64,000 nt of DNA from Curvularia clavata (lineage: Eukaryota), in contig CP089274.1 in the NCBI GenBank assembly GCA_023920165.1, positions 310,001 to 374,000 of the forward strand, read 5' to 3'. Below are positions 36,177-49,991 of the stretch, piece by piece (within the stretch, counting starts at the first letter, position 1; each line of letters starts with the position of its first letter). The notes below the pieces were generated by a model. The model saw nothing but the letters and a program-made list of their open reading frames with translations, searched no databases and had not been told where the DNA came from. The position numbers were made by a program, and so were the translations under genes.

Positions 36177-37471
36177 ATGTCTGATCATCCAAGTGAACCC
36201 GACCTGCGGGCCAGTCCTACACTTAAACAAGAATGTACGTGTGTAGATTGACGATGCCGACCCAAAACTTTCTTTCTGTTTCAACTGCAGCCTTTTTCTA
36301 ACACATGGCAGTGAAAGGACTAGTATGCATGCGTATGCACAACCTTCGAGACATGCACAAATACAGGAAAAGCGAGAACAAGCTCGATGATTTGTTCAGT
36401 CTGGAACCGGAAAGCCTGCGTAAACTGGAGAAGCAGCGCTTTCATCACGATTGGCGTCTCGAGAACATGACTGATGCAGAAGTTGTCCAAGAGGCGGTTG
36501 CTGCACGCCAGTGGCTACTCGTCGTGCTCGAGTGCCAGGGTATGATCATGGCACAGGACCAGGAGATAAGAGTGATCACGCTCGCTATCAAGAAGCAGCT
36601 GAAAGGTCTGCAAACAGAATGGACCGACAAAGAAAGGCTATATATCGCGCTCACAGAAATTAGCCTCTCGTCGCCCAGGGAGCGCTTACAAGCCGCACAT
36701 GTGCTAGCGCTGCATCGCAACCTCATGGAGCGTCTGCAAGACATCAGCAAAGCTGCAGCAATCCACAACGAGCGCATGCAACGTAAGCCGCACGATACCG
36801 ATGGATTCCTTGAGGTACTACAGGGCATCATGGACAGGGCACATGCTTCCGTAGTTGATCATTTTGCATGCGCTATACCCTTGTCACAACTCAGCGATGC
36901 TAGCGATCCAACAGTCATGGATGACAATGCCATGTGTTGCCCGATCTGCCAGCATTCCTATTCCAACCTCTCCGAGTTCTCAGTCGAGGAGCTTCTGGAC
37001 GACTATCCTGTACGTATTAAGCACTGCGGCCATGTTGTCGGCAAAGCCTGCCTGGAGCGGTGGATGGACACGCCTAAGATTGACGAAGCCAAGTATCCTT
37101 ACCGGACATGTCCGTTGTGCCGCGTCAAGGTCGAAGGGGTAAAGGATCCAGCGGCACCTCGTGGCTTGAAGGAGCACTTGAAGAAGGACCGACGAGCCAT
37201 GGAAGCTCTCTTTGAACTGACTTTCGGCTTCGGTATGGACCGTGAAGACAGTGTCGTTGCACTTCTGTCGTGCATGAGCGAGGAGATTGCGTGCACTGAA
37301 CTCCTGCACGAGGTCGAACACAATGGCGGGGACAAGGAATCAGTAATGGTGCTGACAGAGAAACTGGAAGAGCTGCAACAAGAGAAGCGGGTATGGGGCT
37401 TCCGGGGTGATGGTGCATGGATTCCATTGAGAAAGGAGTGGGTGGACAGCGGTGTGGCGCGCCGAGTATGA
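36177..37471 (+). CDS. RING-finger domain protein (variant RING); first exon 36177..36234, intron 36235..36311
   Basis: CPIC...CGHVVGKACL..W...CPLCR; upstream exon MSDHPSEPDLRASPTLKQE joined in frame by a GTACGT...CTAAC...CAG intron. Confidence 0.8.
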
Positions 37472-38312
37472 GGCATTTACTTTGGCGTCTTTTCAGTATA
37501 CGGGGCGCAATCTTTTTCATTGTCAGATCAGGTTGAGGCGAGGGGTAAAGATGGGTCCGGACAAGTGCTGGGATATACCTCGGTGGGGAGAGGAGTGTCT
37601 CTGCATGTTTTCGGTGTTTGAGGCTGTGTAAACTAGTTGAGCCATTTTCCACCCAAACGCCCATCTCATTTTGTACACATGTCCAGCGTCCCAAGCCAGT
37701 CTGACCCATAGCCAAGACACCAATGGATCGACGGCGGAGGTGAAAAGAACGCATCAGGCGATGCACATCTCCACCTGTTTGATAAGCGGAGTGGTGCCTG
37801 GTTGGCAGGCACCGTTACATCGTTGGTCCTATGAGGAGCGCCAGTTGATGCGATTGAGGTTGCATGCGTATAGGAATCCTCACCATGGACAATTGGGGCG
37901 CGTATGGAAATGAACGCATCACGTGGCCCACCTGGACCCTTTTTCGTCCACCCACCCCACACTGCAGGCCGCCGAGCTCCCCGCCATTCTCTATTCAGGG
38001 CACGCTTGTGCTGCGAGATAAGCTAATTGTTCGAGGCTCAGCATATCATGCAATAGCTCTCCTCTATACGCGGGCAGCCCCGTGCATAGGCTCCACTCCG
38101 CTATGGGCGAGCTTGTTGTTGGGCGGATGCATGACGTCTTCACCATTGTGTCGCGTGTGTGCCGCTGCGCATCGCCACAGATGCAGGTGCTGGGCAAGTC
38201 TTGGCTTATGACGATTTATGATTGCTGTTCAAAATAAACGTGACCCCCTGAAATCACTATTTCATCCCACGCTCGCATCCCTCGCAGAAAAAGCATTGCA
38301 CTGCATTCCACA

Positions 38313-39515
38313 ATGAGCGTTAACATCATAGACGTTGGTGCCAGCAGGGTGCGTGCCCTGCCCCTTGCATTTCCCCAGAAGGCCTTCGCTAATGCAAACT
38401 TCCCCGCAGATTTCCGGCGCGAGACAACACCAAGAAGACCGCTATGTCACACTGCTGCCCGGTTCGCTGAAATCCCGGAAGGACCTCGCTCTCTTCGCGG
38501 TCTACGATGGCCAGTAAGCTGCTTCTCCAGCAATGAGCCACGGTGGCGTTGATGCTGACAATTGGCCAATAGCGGAGGAACCCAAGTCGTGAACCATGTG
38601 GCGCAGCACCTCCACACCTATCTCGAACAGTACCTTTCAAATCCAAAAGCGTCCAATGCCGCAGAATACAAACATGCAATCCAATGCGCCCTAAAAGCCG
38701 TAGACCAAGACCTCGATCGCGCCGACCTGCAGGGCGGCTCAACAGTCACGCTAGTCGTCGTCGATACCAAGCAAAACCTTCTTGTACAAGCGAACCTAGG
38801 AGACAGCCATTGTTGCTTTGCCGACCACGAGCCGCAAACCCCACAGTCACTCTCCCCACAATCTCCTTCACGCGCAGACTCAATCGTCGGTCAGACAGGC
38901 TGGAATATAGAAACTCTGAGCGTAGAACACACACCAGATAGCCCACTAGAAAAGCGAAGAATAGAAGAAGCAGGCGGCAAGATCAACTATTCTTCTGGAA
39001 TTGCGCGCATCGGTGGAGTCAGCATGTCGCGAGCCCTCGGCGATCTTGATTTGAAGAAGCCGCGTGTAAACCGCCTAGCTGGTCATGACCTCTCGGACCT
39101 GGCCGGAATCGGAGTCGAAACCGGTCTCGCCCCTGGAAAGTCTGCAAAGCAAGACCTCATATCTAACAAGGCGCACTTTTCGGTACGAAATCTCAACGGC
39201 CAATCTCTGATTCTCCTCGCATCAGATGGCGTTGGTGGAGCGCACCAGGCAGAAGAAGCAACACGGTTGGCTGTAGACAGGTGGCAGCAAGGCAAAGAGG
39301 CAAAAGAGATTGCTGAAGAGCTGACTCAGAAACACGGAGAGATGAAGGGCGCAGACAACTGCACCGTTGTAGTCATCGTACTGGACACCGAGTCCAAGGG
39401 ACGCAGGAGCGTCGACAGCGGCAGAAGGAGTTTCGATGTTTCTCTGGATGGAGGTTCGAGGAGAAGACGTCGATCTAGCATTGCTAGCTTGAAGGACTGG
39501 ATCCGTGATCTTTAG
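38313..39515 (+). CDS. Protein phosphatase 2C (PPM family); introns 38350..38409 and 38514..38572
   Basis: RQHQEDRY, VYDGHGG (across the intron), GST, ANLGDS, SRALGD, LASDG and DNCT motifs. Confidence 0.92.
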
Positions 39516-40307
39516 CTATGCTACGGTGGGTGGTCTTTTGTTGTCAGGGAAAAGGCGTATTCCTATATCGGGAAGTTCGAGCATATCCGATTGAGACATG
39601 CCGGCTATGAGAGCATGAGGCGTTATTGTTTGGCATAGTGTATACTACTACGATGCATGATGGTTATGATATCAAGATACCAATACAACGTTCAAAGCGC
39701 AAATGATCCAAGATGGTATGTCTGATTGTCACATGTGACTTTTGAACGCAAACGGGCATGGACTTGAATCAGAAATGATACGTTTCTGTCCTTTACCTTG
39801 CCATAGAAAGTGTAGATACGGGTATTGTGTCTCACTGAGACTACAATGAGTAAGTGCTCATTGTCCACGCCGCTGTGCACAATATCAAAATAGAGGCTGC
39901 CTGTTTGCAGACAAAGCAGAAAAGTGTCAATACATTCTATTCTAATCCGATCAATCATTATGGTAGTCAATCTTGCTATTGTGTCTTTTCGAGGTGAATC
40001 AAATGCCACCTCAAGTCTTCGTTTGCATTCTCCAGGCAACAATAATGTTATCAAGAATATTACTAGGTAAAACAATATCCTCGAGGTGAATAAGATTGCC
40101 AACAAACGACTCCCTTTGTGACATGTGATTCCAAACGCCCATTCACCGACAGTCTATACAGGTGAGATAGGCTCCTCCTCAAGACTATAAAATCATACCT
40201 ATCCACCATCTCTCTGACACCACATCGAACCTCTCGCCCAACCGAACCTGCACGGCTTGACCCGGAGCCGTGCAGTAAAACTAACGGGGTGGCAGACATA
40301 CAAAGTC

Positions 40308-41249
40308 ATGGACTTCAACACGAACCTGGTCAAAGGCCGTGCCTTACTCGAACTTCTCTATGCCGACGACTCGACTGCAGGAAACATGCTTGATCCCCCA
40401 TCGTCCACCGCCGAAAGCACTTTCCTCGACTTCACTGCCCTTGAGGAACGGGGCTACATACCAAACTGGTAGTGCTACTCTCCCACCCAAGACCTTTTCC
40501 ACCTACAAGAGACTCTCGACGTTGACCCTAGTCACAATCAGGGCATCGGCCACTCGCACACCGAACCCACCATGCACAACGGCACCTACATCCCCGCTAG
40601 TTTCGCGAAGTTTAACAGCATCGTCAACGGCCCCGGTGGCATGTTTGTCGCCGTCGATAACGAGAGCCCAACTGCGCTTGCCCGTCTTTACCGCAACAAG
40701 ATCCCTGGTGTGGAAGTTATACCTGACATCAAGTATTGGTCTGACGTTGCGTATCTACAGTGGGCGGAAGTGACCAAGGGAGCAGCAGAGCTGAGATACG
40801 TGGTAAGGCATGGTATTACGAATATCCGGACTATGAGCGTGATCAGGCATTTGCTAGCGAGAGAAGGAGAGCCAGAGACGCGGTTTGGTCGCATGGTTTG
40901 GCCCAATGTGCTCTGGAAAGATGAAGAGGCCATTGCAGCGCTCTTGGGTACCCCGAATGGAAGCGGCGTGGCGAGGCTGTTGATTCATCATAAGAAGCTG
41001 CTGGGTCATAAGACTGTCGAGGAGGTGATGATGTTTGGGTTCAGTGAGGTCTCTGGTTTCTTTGGTGAGCCGAGTCTAGTGTTCAAGATTGTGGATGTAG
41101 TTGCGAGTGAGGGAAATGGGACTGAGGTTGGCATCGAGTTGGGTAAAGAAGAGGACCAGGATGAGAACCAGGACGGTGTTCTGGGTGAGGGAGAAGCGGA
41201 TGATTCCGATGACGAGGATTTCGGCTTCTGGATTTTTGACTTGGAGTAG
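40308..41249 (+). pseudogene. Uncharacterised fungal protein gene with one in-frame TAG at 40470..40472 (or a shorter gene from ATG 40572)
   Basis: ORFs 40257..40472 and 40572..41249 share a frame with 33 sense codons between them. C-terminal WSDVAYLQW and ALLGTPNGSGVARLLIHHKKLLGHKTV look like a conserved domain. Confidence 0.55.
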
Positions 41250-41998
41250 CTGCTTTAAGTTCCGGCATTGCTCTGAACATGCTGCTGCACGTGAGATGTG
41301 TATAGGTTGGGAATCTGGGAGTGGGAATCAGCACACATTGTTTCGTGGCGCCTTGGGTTTACCGCCGAAAGAGACGAGAAATGGCGTTGCGGGATGATGG
41401 GATCAATATCAGCACGACAGCGACATGTGCAAGCGAGGTATGTGAATTAGTCCTTCTGAGGCAATGACAATTCACGTCAGGTTTAGCTTGTCACTAATGC
41501 AGGTGCCCAGTCCCGTAGCGAGATGCACCCCGCAACTTCCTCTTCCGTGTGGTACCATTCCTACTGATCTACTTCCAATCTTCCTTGATGGGATCACCTG
41601 TGCACTGAGCATCTAGCAATCGCTATTCCACATATACTATTGACAAATCACTGACCGCACAAAGTAGTTGATCCCAATGAACGCTGAGTGACAGCACGGG
41701 AAGCCGGGGTAGGGCGGCACGCTTAACCATGCAGCGATGCACATACGGAACGGCTGGATAGCCCTTGTAAACCTTGAATGCGGAGATGCGAAAAGTGCCT
41801 CGGCTGCACCAACTCTCTACTGACCATTCTTAGATGTATACGGGGTCACACTACAGCGGGATGTATATCATATTCCGAAGCGAGGTATGACGTGCAAGGT
41901 AGTCTTCCGCCTACCTATTTTGTATTATCGCCGGCCAGTCATTACTTAAAGGACGTACCACGTACAGGATATGATTCAGTCTATGCATCACCGCCGAG

Positions 41999-43860
41999 AT
42001 GCTTTCGTCCGCTATGACAGGCGTTTTTCAATTGTTCGTCCTGCTCCTTGGTACGACTCCAATTCTAGCAGACTATGACACCCAGTCGAGTGCCCCTACC
42101 GTAAGCATTGAATCCGGGCAATTGATTGGAAAGACCATCTCATTGCCCAATGCACTTGGACCAGTCAATCAGTTCCTTGGTGTTCCATTCGCCGCGCCGC
42201 CGCAGAGGTTTTCACCACCACAACGAGCGAATGCGTTTACTGGACCGCTCAATGCCACAGCATTCAAGCCAGCATGCATTCAGCAGTTCCAATGTCAGTA
42301 CTTAGTTATCTGTGATGTATGGGAGTACGTGGGCTGACCTCAACCAGACCCACTAGCAAATGCACAGCTGACCCAATTCCTGTTCAACAATCCACCACCC
42401 AAAGAATCTGAAGATTGCCTCTTTCTCAATGTCTACGCCCCAGCGACCCCAGCAGCTGGCTCAGGCAGACCTGTTCTGTTTTGGATCTATGGTGGCTCTC
42501 TTCAGTTTGGTAATGCCGGGCAAGATGTCTATGTTGGCAACAGTTTCGCTGCTTACGAAGATGTGATTGTGGTGACTGCTAACTACAGAATGAATGGTGA
42601 GTGTTTCGCAATTGAATCATGCATGCTAGCATTCTCTATTCGTCATCACTTCAACACCACCTCTAACAAAGCTCAGTTTTTGGCTTTCCTGCCTCCCCTG
42701 ACCTCCCGCTGACGGGACGCAACCTCGGCTTCCTGGATCAGCGCTTCGCCCTCGAATGGGTGCAGCGAAACATTCATGCTTTTGGCGGCGACCCGTCAAA
42801 AGTCACTTTGTTCGGAGAAAGCGCCGGTGGCTTCTCCATCGACGCCATATTAACGAGCTTTCCCGCAGACAGCAAGCCGCCATTCCGGGCAGCCATCTTG
42901 CAGAGCGGCCAAATAAGCTATCGCTCGGCTCCTCGATTCTCAAGTCTCCCAGCCTGGAACAATTTGACCGCTACGCTTGGCTGTCCAGGCGCTTACAGTG
43001 ACACTCTTACATGCGTTCGAGCCGCCAACGCAACCACCATCCAGACCATCATCAACCAAAACTCTCTTGACTTCAACCCTGTCGCCGATGACCTCACTCT
43101 AGTATCCAACCCAGCAGCACGTCGCCTCAGTGGCAACATCGCACGCATTCCCGTCCTTGGCGGCACAAACGCTCAAGAATCCCGCCTCTTCTCACTCGGC
43201 CAGACCAACCTATCCGCCTTCCTCCAAGCCACCTTCGGCACCTCGGCCCCTGCTCTCATTCCCAAACTCAAAGCCGCCTACGCCCCCACCAGCAGTAACG
43301 GCCTCTCAACCGACTACGACATCATTTCCCAAATTGCCACTGAACTGAGCTTCCAATGCTCACAGGCTCTCTGGGCCAATGCCACAGCCTCCATCGGCAT
43401 ACCCACATGGCGCTACTACTTCAACGCTTCGTTTAGCAACACGCAGGTATATCCGGGTCTAGGCGTCTTCCACGCATCTGAGATACCGCTTGTTTTCCGT
43501 ACGTTCCCCGGCACGAACACGACGACGCAGCAGAACGCATTGGCGCAGTTCATGCAGGGTGCGTGGGCAAGATTTGCGCGGAATCCGTATGCGGGGCCGG
43601 GCTGGAATGCAGTGGGTACAGGGGCTGAGGGCGCTGTGTTACTTGGAGCGAGCAATGTCACAGTAGGTGGTGTGTACCTTGATGGAAACGGTACCGCCAG
43701 ACAGGGAGATTGGAACTTGGGCGTTCTGGGGGATGTAGGGAATGTGAAAGGAGGCGGCGTCACTGTGCTGCGGCAAGAGGAGATGGATAGTAGATGTGCG
43801 TTGTTTCGGCCGTTGTTTGAGGCGGTGGTGGGGAAAGAGGGCATGCCGCCTGTTTTTTGA
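41999..43860 (+). CDS. Secreted carboxylesterase type B; introns about 42294..42348 and 42597..42676
   Basis: Signal peptide; FLGVPFA.PP.RF; SEDCLFLNVY; WIYGG; NYR; FGGDPSKVTLFGESAG (Ser), NAQE (Glu), FHASEI (His). Confidence 0.93.
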
Positions 43861-43910
43861 AGTGTTGGAGTATATTGGTAGGAAATAGCTATGCCTTCGC
43901 TCGACAATCT

Positions 43911-44374
43911 TCACTTCCGTCCCGCAGTTACCTGTCCCACATCAACACTCGATCTATCCTCCTCAACTCCCTCATGCACACTCCGCTCCACACTATCAAT
44001 CAAGCTCTCGCTCCCTGTCTTCACACCTACGTCACCCTTGCCTTCATACTCTTGCCGCGTATTCTGCGTCACGTCTTCTCCGCGACGCTGCTCAGATGTG
44101 TCTGAGGCATTCTGCTGGCCATATGCGGACTACATGCGTCATTAGATTCAGTCTTCAAATTTGTAGTTCGAAAATGGAGAGAAGTGTGGATTGGAGCAGG
44201 GGAAGACCGTCGTACCTTGTCCACAGAAGTACTCAGACCAGCCGGATCACTCGAACCTCCCGTTTTGAACGGGACGCTTCCGTCGCCTTCAAAGGTACCG
44301 GCTGTGTCTTGACCTGGATTGACGGGGTTCTTGGGCTGGGTGTTGGAAGACTCTTGGCTGGTGAGAGAGGACAT
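43911..44374 (-). CDS. Small hydrophilic disordered protein (125 aa); intron 44130..44215
   Basis: A GTACGA...CTAAT...TAG intron joins ...STSVDK to SAYGQQNASDTSEQRRGEDV...GQVTAGRK*. The product is rich in G/S/E/D/T with no Cys or Trp. Confidence 0.65.
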
Positions 44375-44726
44375 ATCGGTTTCAGTTTATTGTTAAAGAA
44401 CTTTTCGGGGTTTGGCTGTAAGATTTATTCAAGACTGGATGAGAAGAGAATTAAGATATCAATTGTGACTAGTATCCTAGAAGGTAGGTTTTGACATGTT
44501 GTGATGGTGCTGCGGGTCAAACGTCATAGTGACTAACAATGTGTGGAGAGACCCTGAGGCGAAAGTATCCTTGTATGACACCATATCGACGCGTGGATAC
44601 GACTGCTTAATTCCAACATTTGTTCTGAAAGTAACCAAATTTGTTCTAAAATAAATCTCCATGAGCGATATGATACCGCAAGCTACGACTTATAAATTCT
44701 ATATCAGATGCAAATTCATTACTCAT

Positions 44727-45961
<1,235 letters not shown>

Positions 45962-46125
45962 GTTGGGCGTATGATTTAGTCGCGGCAAAAACTGGCGATG
46001 AAAGAAAGAAACGAAGCGACAGCTGAGGACCAAGATGCAAGGAGAAAGACATCCAAAACGTGGACGCGCGACCTGAAAGACATCGCGCCAGCCGGGGCAT
46101 GACAGTCGTGTGGGGAAGCCATGTG

Positions 46126-46131
46126 CCTCGG
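46126..46131. promoter_or_regulatory. CCTCGG (FarA/FarB/CTF1-type fatty-acid response site)
   Basis: Exact hexamer about 165 bp upstream of the ATG of the SKL-bearing NMO-family gene. Confidence 0.45.
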
Positions 46132-46759
46132 CATCTCGGGTAGCGCGACACCAAATACAGGCACACGCCCGTCAGATGGCTACGATTGTACCGACCGGCT
46201 TGCTTCGACTCGGCACCGCTGAGTCGTCACCGCTGAGTCGTCGCCATGGCTTTCGGCGGAAATAAAATAACACACTTGCGCGTCGTATTGCTGCTGGTGA
46301 ATAGGCTGTCACATGCTTCTTGGCGCTCGTCTGGTGACCTGCTACATTTACTACATCTACTACACTCCAACACACAGTACCCTCATCATCTCTATCCCAT
46401 CTAAGTTCTCATATACAGGAAAACTCTGCAGAATTACTCCTCCTAGCCATGTTCATTGACAACCTTCACCTCGAGAGACATGAGTTTTGCTCCTATTCCT
46501 GGTCCCAAAATGGTGTCTCCGGATGACGACCTGAGTGAAGATGGCTACGGCTAGCTTTGCTGCATGCTCTATTGAGTACGCTGTGTGACGGGTTGACAGT
46601 TAGGCCACCTGGTCTTGCTTCTGGATAATGACGCAACCAACCAATAGCCGGCAGGAGGCATCCATCTCGGACGTGTTGGGACGCCTCACTCCTAATGAGT
46701 TAAAACTGGCGCATACTGGTGCATCTACCAGACTGTACCCATCATCGTAGTTCTTCATC

Positions 46760-48538
46760 ATGCTTTGGACTCTTCTTTTACCCAGCCTCGCTCAGGCTGT
46801 GCCCCAGTCGTTCGACTACGTCATTGTCGGAGGAGGACCAGGAGGGCTTCTAGTGGCGAATCGCTTAGTATCAGGCGTCGTACCCAGTACCGTTGCCGTT
46901 ATTGAAGCTGGAGATTCCGTGTATGACAATCCAAATGTGACGCATGTTCCCAAGTCTATTCTCGAGTATGGATCTTTCATCGGCACGCCGACGGACTGGG
47001 GTTACATGACAGTGCCTCAAAAATACGCAGGCAACAACACGCTCAACTACTGGGCTGGGAGAGCCTTGGGCGGAAGCACGACCATCAACGGAATGACGTA
47101 TCTGCGAGCGGAAAAGGCTCAGATTGATGCTTGGGAAGATCTAGGCAACTACGAGTGGAACTGGGATAGTTTGTGGGACTACTACATTGGACAAGAGCAG
47201 TTTCAACCGCCTAGCAACCAACTCAAGCAGCAGGGTGCAGTATACGACGAGCATGCGCATGGAAAAGAGGGTGAGCTCGCAGTGGGATTCACTCCATACT
47301 TTGCTAGCCAGGACTTCTTTGAGTTGGTGAAAGAAACATCAGAAGCGGCTGGATTTCCTTACAACGAAGATCCTAACAAGGGCACCATGCGTGGCTTCAG
47401 CGCCTGGCCCATGACGTTGAATGAGACTGGGCCAACACGCGAGGACGGCGCGAGAGCCTTTTACTATCCCATCGCCTCTCACCCGAATCTACACGTGTTT
47501 CTCAACTCTACCGCGACGCGTATCGTCTGGAAGCATGAAAGGGATCCAATAGACCCGCTGGCTGCATCTGGCGTTGAATTCGTCACTGCAGGAAATGTAA
47601 CCCAGAGCATTCACGCTAGACTAGGGGTCGTTGTCGCAGCTGGAGCAATTAGGTCACCAGCACTCCTCGAACATTCTGGCGTAGGCAATCCTAGTGTCCT
47701 CGAACCCCTTGGAATCGAAACAGTTCTCCCGCTACATTCAGTGGGCTCGAATCTTCCTGACCAACCGGCAAACGGGATCATGTATTCCTCGTCTACTAAC
47801 TGGACTGGGTACCCGACATTTGTCTCTTATTGGACAGCGTCCGACCTCTTTGGGGATGAGCTGCCCGCAATTACTGAGGAAATCAGGGGCAATCTGACCG
47901 CATACGCAACAACCATCATTGCGGATTACGCACCAAACACAATATCGGTTGAGACGCAGGAGAAGCTGCTGAACCATCAGGTGGATCTGATCTTCAATCC
48001 CAATAGTACGGTCCCACTAGTTGAAGTTTTGTGGTTTTCAGCAGACAACCTTATTGCTGCCCAGTTCTGGAACCTGTTGCCCCTCTCCAGAGGCTCTATT
48101 CACATCAACTCTACCAACGCAACATCACCGCCCCGAATCGATCCTGCATTCCTCCAGCTACCTATCGATGCGTATGTCCAGGCAGCAGCCGCAGTCCTCA
48201 TCCGCAAACACTTTGCTACCTCGCCGCTAGCCGATCGTGTCACAGGCGAGGTTGCACCAGGCTTTGAAACTGTCCCCAAAGAGTCAGGGTGGAGAGACAG
48301 CCACTGGGATGCATGGATCAGGCAAACGGTAAATGGTAACTCGCATCCTGTGAGCACCTGTGCAATGATGAGTGAGGATCTGGGCGGTGTAGTGGATTCG
48401 CGGGGGACAGTATGGGGTACGCAAAATGTATGGGTTGCAGACGCGAGCGTCTTCCCTACGCAGATATCTGGCCATCTTAGTGCGAGTGTGTATGCCGTCG
48501 CTGGGAAGATTGTCGATATCCTGACAGAGATTTGGTAG
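46760..48538 (+). CDS. Secreted GMC oxidoreductase (AA3_2, glucose oxidase/dehydrogenase-like), intronless
   Basis: Signal peptide; DYVIVGGGPGG; GRALGGSTTINGMTY; GAIRSPALLEHSGVG; SRGSIHI; His/His catalytic pair NSHPVSTC and SGHLSASVY. Confidence 0.93.
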   Translation: MLWTLLLPSLAQAVPQSFDYVIVGGGPGGLLVANRLVSGVVPSTVAVIEAGDSVYDNPNVTHVPKSILEYGSFIGTPTDWGYMTVPQKYAGNNTLNYWAGRALGGSTTINGMTYLRAEKAQIDAWEDLGNYEWNWDSLWDYYIGQEQFQPPSNQLKQQGAVYDEHAHGKEGELAVGFTPYFASQDFFELVKETSEAAGFPYNEDPNKGTMRGFSAWPMTLNETGPTREDGARAFYYPIASHPNLHVFLNSTATRIVWKHERDPIDPLAASGVEFVTAGNVTQSIHARLGVVVAAGAIRSPALLEHSGVGNPSVLEPLGIETVLPLHSVGSNLPDQPANGIMYSSSTNWTGYPTFVSYWTASDLFGDELPAITEEIRGNLTAYATTIIADYAPNTISVETQEKLLNHQVDLIFNPNSTVPLVEVLWFSADNLIAAQFWNLLPLSRGSIHINSTNATSPPRIDPAFLQLPIDAYVQAAAAVLIRKHFATSPLADRVTGEVAPGFETVPKESGWRDSHWDAWIRQTVNGNSHPVSTCAMMSEDLGGVVDSRGTVWGTQNVWVADASVFPTQISGHLSASVYAVAGKIVDILTEIW

Positions 48539-48759
48539 AGGACAACAGTCGTTGCTGTTGAGTCTAATGACAATCTAAGTGCCTTTGCAAATTCTTTTAG
48601 ACAATTGTGTCATGGAAAGGGCTTCCCAGAAACATTTTCAAAAATGGTATCTTTTTATTATTATATAGGGAACTGCACACTCTGCTCACTACTGTGGCCC
48701 AGCCTAGGTCAAATACCCATCTAGTGGCTTTTCCTGAGTTGCTTTCGGTCACCTGGATA

Positions 48760-49991
48760 CTAAGGCTTCAAATCTTCAAGTCCAAATTTCCTCGAAAAAT
48801 ACCAGTCCTGAAACAGAGTCAGAAAACAATGGTTTCGAGAAGATAGCTCACTTACCCAAAAGCCACGAGGAAGAATCCACGAAAGCCATCTGACAACACT
48901 CGACTGATGTCCCCGCCACAACCAAGCTCCAGTTGTTGGCTTGAGCAAATCACCCACAACCTTGCGGGCATACGTTTCTGTCGGCATAGCCGTACCTGTT
49001 CCAACATCAGCATTTCTTTCCCCTCATACCAGCCTCTTCAACATACGCTGTGAATTCCCCTGACGGAACAAATACTTCTCTTCTATCGGCATATAGCGCG
49101 AGTCTGATGGAAGCCTTTTCTTAACATCGGAAATCCTACTCTTCACGCCGCCTGTGGCTACCAGAACAACCTGTACCCTACTCTCATCAGTCCCTTGACC
49201 ACATGAACAAAACTCAACATGCACCTACCCAAATGGCGCCATCTCGATTCTCAACGCATCCGTGAACGAATGCAGCGCCGCTTTGGACGCATTGTAACAC
49301 CCTTCGCTTTATTAGCCAATCTACAATGCAGTCAAAATAGGGTGGAGGGAGGAAGGAAGCTCATACCACCGAATACATACGGGACCACGCCAGCCACGGA
49401 CCCTATATTTGCGATTTTGCCCTTTGCAGCAATGAGGAGGGGAGAGAGTTTCTGTACCAGGCGGATGCAACTGAAGACGTTGATTTCAAATACGCGCCGC
49501 ATGTCTTCGATTTTTAGGTCGAGCACAGGAACCGTGTAGCTTATGCCGCTGGTAGAGTACCAAATGAGCTAATTGTCCAACACTCACATCACATAGTCGT
49601 AGCGACTTGAGTATGCGAACAGGGGAAGGGGACAAACGTACACATTGTTAACTAAGATGTCGAGTTTTCCATCCACAGATGCGGATATCTCATCGTAGAG
49701 TTCTTGGATGCTCTCGTCGGATGTGACTTCTAGACACAGAGCTGTTACGCCCTCCGCAAGAAGCGTCTTTTTGGCTTCATCTGAGCGGACTGTGCCAAAG
49801 ACGCGGAAGTTGTGGCGGAGGAACTCGAGGGCGAGTTCGTGACCGATACCGCCGGGGGTGCAGCTGTGGTTGTGATTGTGTCAATGGTGTTTTTTTGTTT
49901 CTCTTTAAGGTTTTGGGTAAGAGGGATTCTATGGGGATGAATAGGACTGTTCTTACCCTGTGATTAAGACAGTTTTTTGTCGAGTAGCCAT
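48760..49991 (-). CDS. Short-chain dehydrogenase/reductase, Ayr1-like (1-acyl-DHAP reductase); about 6 introns
   Basis: VLITG|CTPGGIG Rossmann motif, GKLDILVNN, NIGSVAG, YNASKAALHSFTDALRIEMAPFG, VATGGVKS. Confidence 0.88.

Noticed and set aside
3552..40472. Stop-codon reassignment as the explanation for the two in-frame stops
   Set aside because: TAA, TAG and TGA all serve as normal terminators of conserved genes in this window, and long conserved genes have no internal stops.
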